A stretch of 64,000 nt of DNA from an uncultured Chloroflexota bacterium (GTDB lineage Bacteria > Chloroflexota > Chloroflexia > Thermomicrobiales > UBA6265), in contig CALMZR010000216.1 in assembly GCA_937870845.1 (NCBI GenBank), forward strand, positions 4,464 to 68,463. Direction: 5' to 3'. Positions 59,869 to 64,000 of this stretch are shown one piece after another. Under the pieces are notes generated by a model. The model made no database searches and was not told where the DNA came from. It was given only the letters and a program-made list of their open reading frames with translations. A program made the translations under genes and the position numbers. Position 1 is the first letter of the stretch; every line of letters begins with the position of its first letter.

Positions 59869-60762
59869 TCAACGCGCCGGCTCGGCCGGCGCCGCGACTC
59901 GCGGGGTTGATTCCCGGGTCGCCTGGGAGAACGCCGCGGTGACGGTGTTCCGGGCAAGCGCCATCGTGGTCACCGGCGTCGTGCCGCCCGGAACGGGGGT
60001 CAGAGCGCCGGCCACTGCCGCCACTGATTCTGCGTCCGCATCCCCATGCACCTTCCCGCCCTCGACGTTGACGCCGAAATCGATCACCGTCGCGCCCGAC
60101 TTGACCATCGAGCCGTCGAGCAGACCCGGATGCCCGGCGGCGAGCACCACGAGATCCGCGCCGCGCGTTTCGTCCGCCAGCGAGTCCGTGCGGCTATGGC
60201 ACAGCGTCACCGTCGCGTCTCGCGCCGTCAGCAGAGCCGCCGTCGGCTTGCCGACCACGTTGCCCCGCCCGATGACGACCGCCCTCTTTCCGGCCACCGG
60301 TATCTGGTAATAGTCAAGGATTTCGAGACCGGCCAATGGGGTGCTCGGATGCAACGTGGGCAGGCCGAGGTGCAGCCGGCCGACGCTCTCGGGCGCGATC
60401 CCGTCGACATCCTTGGCCGGCATGATGGCGGAGATCACCTCGAGCTGATGCACGTGCGGGGGGAGCGGCAGGAGCACCAGGATGCCATGCACATCGGGCC
60501 GTTCATTGAGCCGCTCGATTGTCTCGATCACGCGCCCGGTGGTGGCCGCTACGGGCAACAGCACGTCCTCGTGCGCCAGACCGCACCCGCTCATGGCGCG
60601 CGCGATAGCGTCGCGATAGGCGGACGAGGCAGGGGCATTGCCAACCAAAACCGTGGCGATCGTCGGCGCAACCCCCGTTTCCGCAATGAGCGCCTCTGCC
60701 GCCGTGCGCACTTCGGCGCGTATGCGCCGCGCCACTGGCGCGCCGCGCAACAGCTTTGCCAT
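59869..60762 (-). CDS. folD: Bifunctional methylenetetrahydrofolate dehydrogenase/cyclohydrolase
   Basis: ...PTIATVLVGNAPASSAYRDA...HGILVLLPLP...KDVDG...VVIGRGNVVGKP...VTLCHSRT...TPVPGG.TPVTTMAL... Confidence 0.95.
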   Translation of the reverse strand: MAKLLRGAPVARRIRAEVRTAAEALIAETGVAPTIATVLVGNAPASSAYRDAIARAMSGCGLAHEDVLLPVAATTGRVIETIERLNERPDVHGILVLLPLPPHVHQLEVISAIMPAKDVDGIAPESVGRLHLGLPTLHPSTPLAGLEILDYYQIPVAGKRAVVIGRGNVVGKPTAALLTARDATVTLCHSRTDSLADETRGADLVVLAAGHPGLLDGSMVKSGATVIDFGVNVEGGKVHGDADAESVAAVAGALTPVPGGTTPVTTMALARNTVTAAFSQATRESTPRVAAPAEPAR

Positions 60763-61098
60763 GGTCAGGGTCCCTCCTTGTCCGCGGTGTCATGCGCCTT
60801 GGCTTGCTGATCCAAAGTCGCGTCTTGCCGCCCATGCGACGCTGTCAGACTCGGCAACCGTCCGGCAAATGGCGAATTCTGACCCGTTTCACCCGGCTCT
60901 GCACGCGAATAGCGAGAGGATAGCGCGTCTCTCGCGCCAGCAAGCCGGTTGGCCGCGGCACGAACGCCATCATTACGACAGAGCTCGTATCCTTAACGAC
61001 ATCAGCAATGGCGTTAGCAGCCGCTGACCCGCCTCGCTGGCGATATGCGCATTGGCATCGCCAGTGCGGCCAGCCGCTGTCGATATGGAGGCTGATGA

Positions 61099-61127
61099 TT
61101 GACCGCCCGGCAACCATGTGATACAGT
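61099..61127 (+). promoter_or_regulatory. Promoter of the XRE regulator gene
   Basis: TTGACC (61099-61104), a 17-nt spacer, then TACAGT (61122-61127) with TGa immediately upstream (extended -10). Confidence 0.5.
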
Positions 61128-61213
61128 GCAGTCAACGGGTCGCCCGCAAGTTGACTCGTGGGCAAGACGGCTGGGCGGGACCCCACCGAACCCGGCAGAG
61201 GGGCGCGAAGACG

Positions 61214-61630
61214 ATGGGTTACGCGGGTGCGGACTTCGGGGGGATGCTCAAGGCGATGCGCGAGACGCGGCGCATCTCGCAAAGCAAGCTTGCCGAGCGG
61301 GCGGACTTCGATCACAGCTACGTCAGCCGATTGGAGAGCGGCGCCAGGATGCCGACGCGCGAAGCCGTTGAGCGCCTTGCCGCGGCGCTGACTATGGGGC
61401 AGGCGGAGGAGGACACCTTGCTCGCCGCCGCGGGCTTCCTGCCGCGGGACGTTTCCAGCCTGCTCTCTGATGAGCCGGTGCTGGGCGAGGTGCTTGACCT
61501 GCTGCAGAACGACGCTGTCCCGGTCGAGTACCGCGACAACATCCGCCAGGTCCTGCGGCTCCTCACCGAGCAAGCGCGCTTCGCCGTGCGGTCGCGATCG
61601 CCAGAGGGGTTCTCCGGCGTCGCGGCGTGA
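61214..61630 (+). CDS. XRE family helix-turn-helix transcriptional regulator
   Basis: An internal ATG gives MGYAGADFGGMLKAMRETRRISQSKLAERADFDHSYVSRLESGARMPTREAVERLAAAL..., a Cro/C1-type HTH. Confidence 0.8.
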   Translation: MGYAGADFGGMLKAMRETRRISQSKLAERADFDHSYVSRLESGARMPTREAVERLAAALTMGQAEEDTLLAAAGFLPRDVSSLLSDEPVLGEVLDLLQNDAVPVEYRDNIRQVLRLLTEQARFAVRSRSPEGFSGVAA

Positions 61631-61639
61631 TGGGGCGTT

Positions 61640-61680
61640 AGAGCCGCAGACGAGCCGCGGGCGTACTCGTCCGCGGCTCT
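61640..61680 (+). terminator. Candidate terminator after the XRE gene
   Basis: AGAGCCGCAGACGAG-(11 nt)-CTCGTCCGCGGCTCT, a 15-bp stem with one mismatch, followed by CCCTTTGT. Confidence 0.5.
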
Positions 61681-61801
61681 CCCTTTGTCACACGTGTCTG
61701 GACGCCGCTCACAGAAACGTCTCACTCGGGCGTCCGAACCGCGATACGATTGTCACCCCCGCATTGGGCCACATACCCCGTAGGGCCGTTCGGAGGCTGC
61801 C

Positions 61802-64000
<2,199 letters not shown>

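Noticed and set aside
60763-60960. A ZTP (pfl) or THF riboswitch in the folD 5' leader.
   Set aside because: I looked on the minus strand for the conserved cores as I remember them (GACUGGCG ... CCGnCCGCCUGGGC for ZTP). I found only loose resemblances, namely CGCAUGGGCGG and ACUGGCGA inside an unrelated perfect hairpin. That is not enough to call a riboswitch, and a covariance-model scan is needed.
60845-61573. A 242-aa minus-strand ORF, plus the 129-aa plus-strand ORF 60638..61027, spanning the folD-XRE intergenic region.
   Set aside because: The minus ORF runs antisense through the well-supported XRE gene. Both are Arg-rich, lack SDs and have no recognisable motifs. I treat the region as non-coding.

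Overview
GC-rich bacterial chromosomal window, almost entirely housekeeping. (1) 1-14721 (+): the 3' part of the S10/spc/alpha ribosomal-protein superoperon (rplV fragment, rpsC ... rplO, secY, adk, map, rpmJ, rpsM, rpsK, rpsD, rpoA, rplQ, truA, rplM, rpsI). infA is absent from its usual map-rpmJ slot. (2) 14827-17285 (-): hypothetical protein, MBL-fold hydrolase, endonuclease III. (3) 17490-25802 (+): pyrimidine operon pyrC-carA-carB-pyrK-pyrD-pyrE, with no pyrB, pyrF or pyrR here. (4) 25825-39143: a dense DNA-maintenance block with ligA, a DEDDh-exonuclease/GIY-YIG fusion, family-4 UDG, an imuB/small ORF/dnaE2 mutagenesis cassette, ftsK and recR. (5) 39195-55000: mixed housekeeping genes (tandem GNAT-like protein, R3H AAA ATPase, tmk, darA-like, tRNA-Asn, Rrf2 regulator, LarE-like, pnp, rpsO, mtnP, SEDS protein, nadK, ruvB, queA, cyclophilin). 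(6) 55069-64000: a two-gene hypothetical operon divergent from dnaN-recF, then a TolB-like lipoprotein, tRNA-Gln, folD, an XRE regulator and the 5' part of dnaE. No rRNA, CRISPR array, transposase or integrase was seen. The most interesting signals are three GAAC-N4-GTTC (Gram-positive/Chloroflexi-type LexA) palindromes sitting inside promoters. One controls imuB-dnaE2, one controls ruvB, which looks leaderless, and one controls an uncharacterised operon encoding a Rad52-like annealing-type protein plus a 74-aa acidic protein. The imuB cassette has no imuA. It instead has a 95-aa W-rich ORF overlapping the imuB 3' end in the -1 frame, followed by a (GGGTGACA)-type tandem repeat and G-quadruplex motif abutting the dnaE2 start. 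That repeat is a 22-nt inverted repeat of dnaE2 codons about 35-42. All product calls come from reading the translated ORFs for family motifs. No database search was run.
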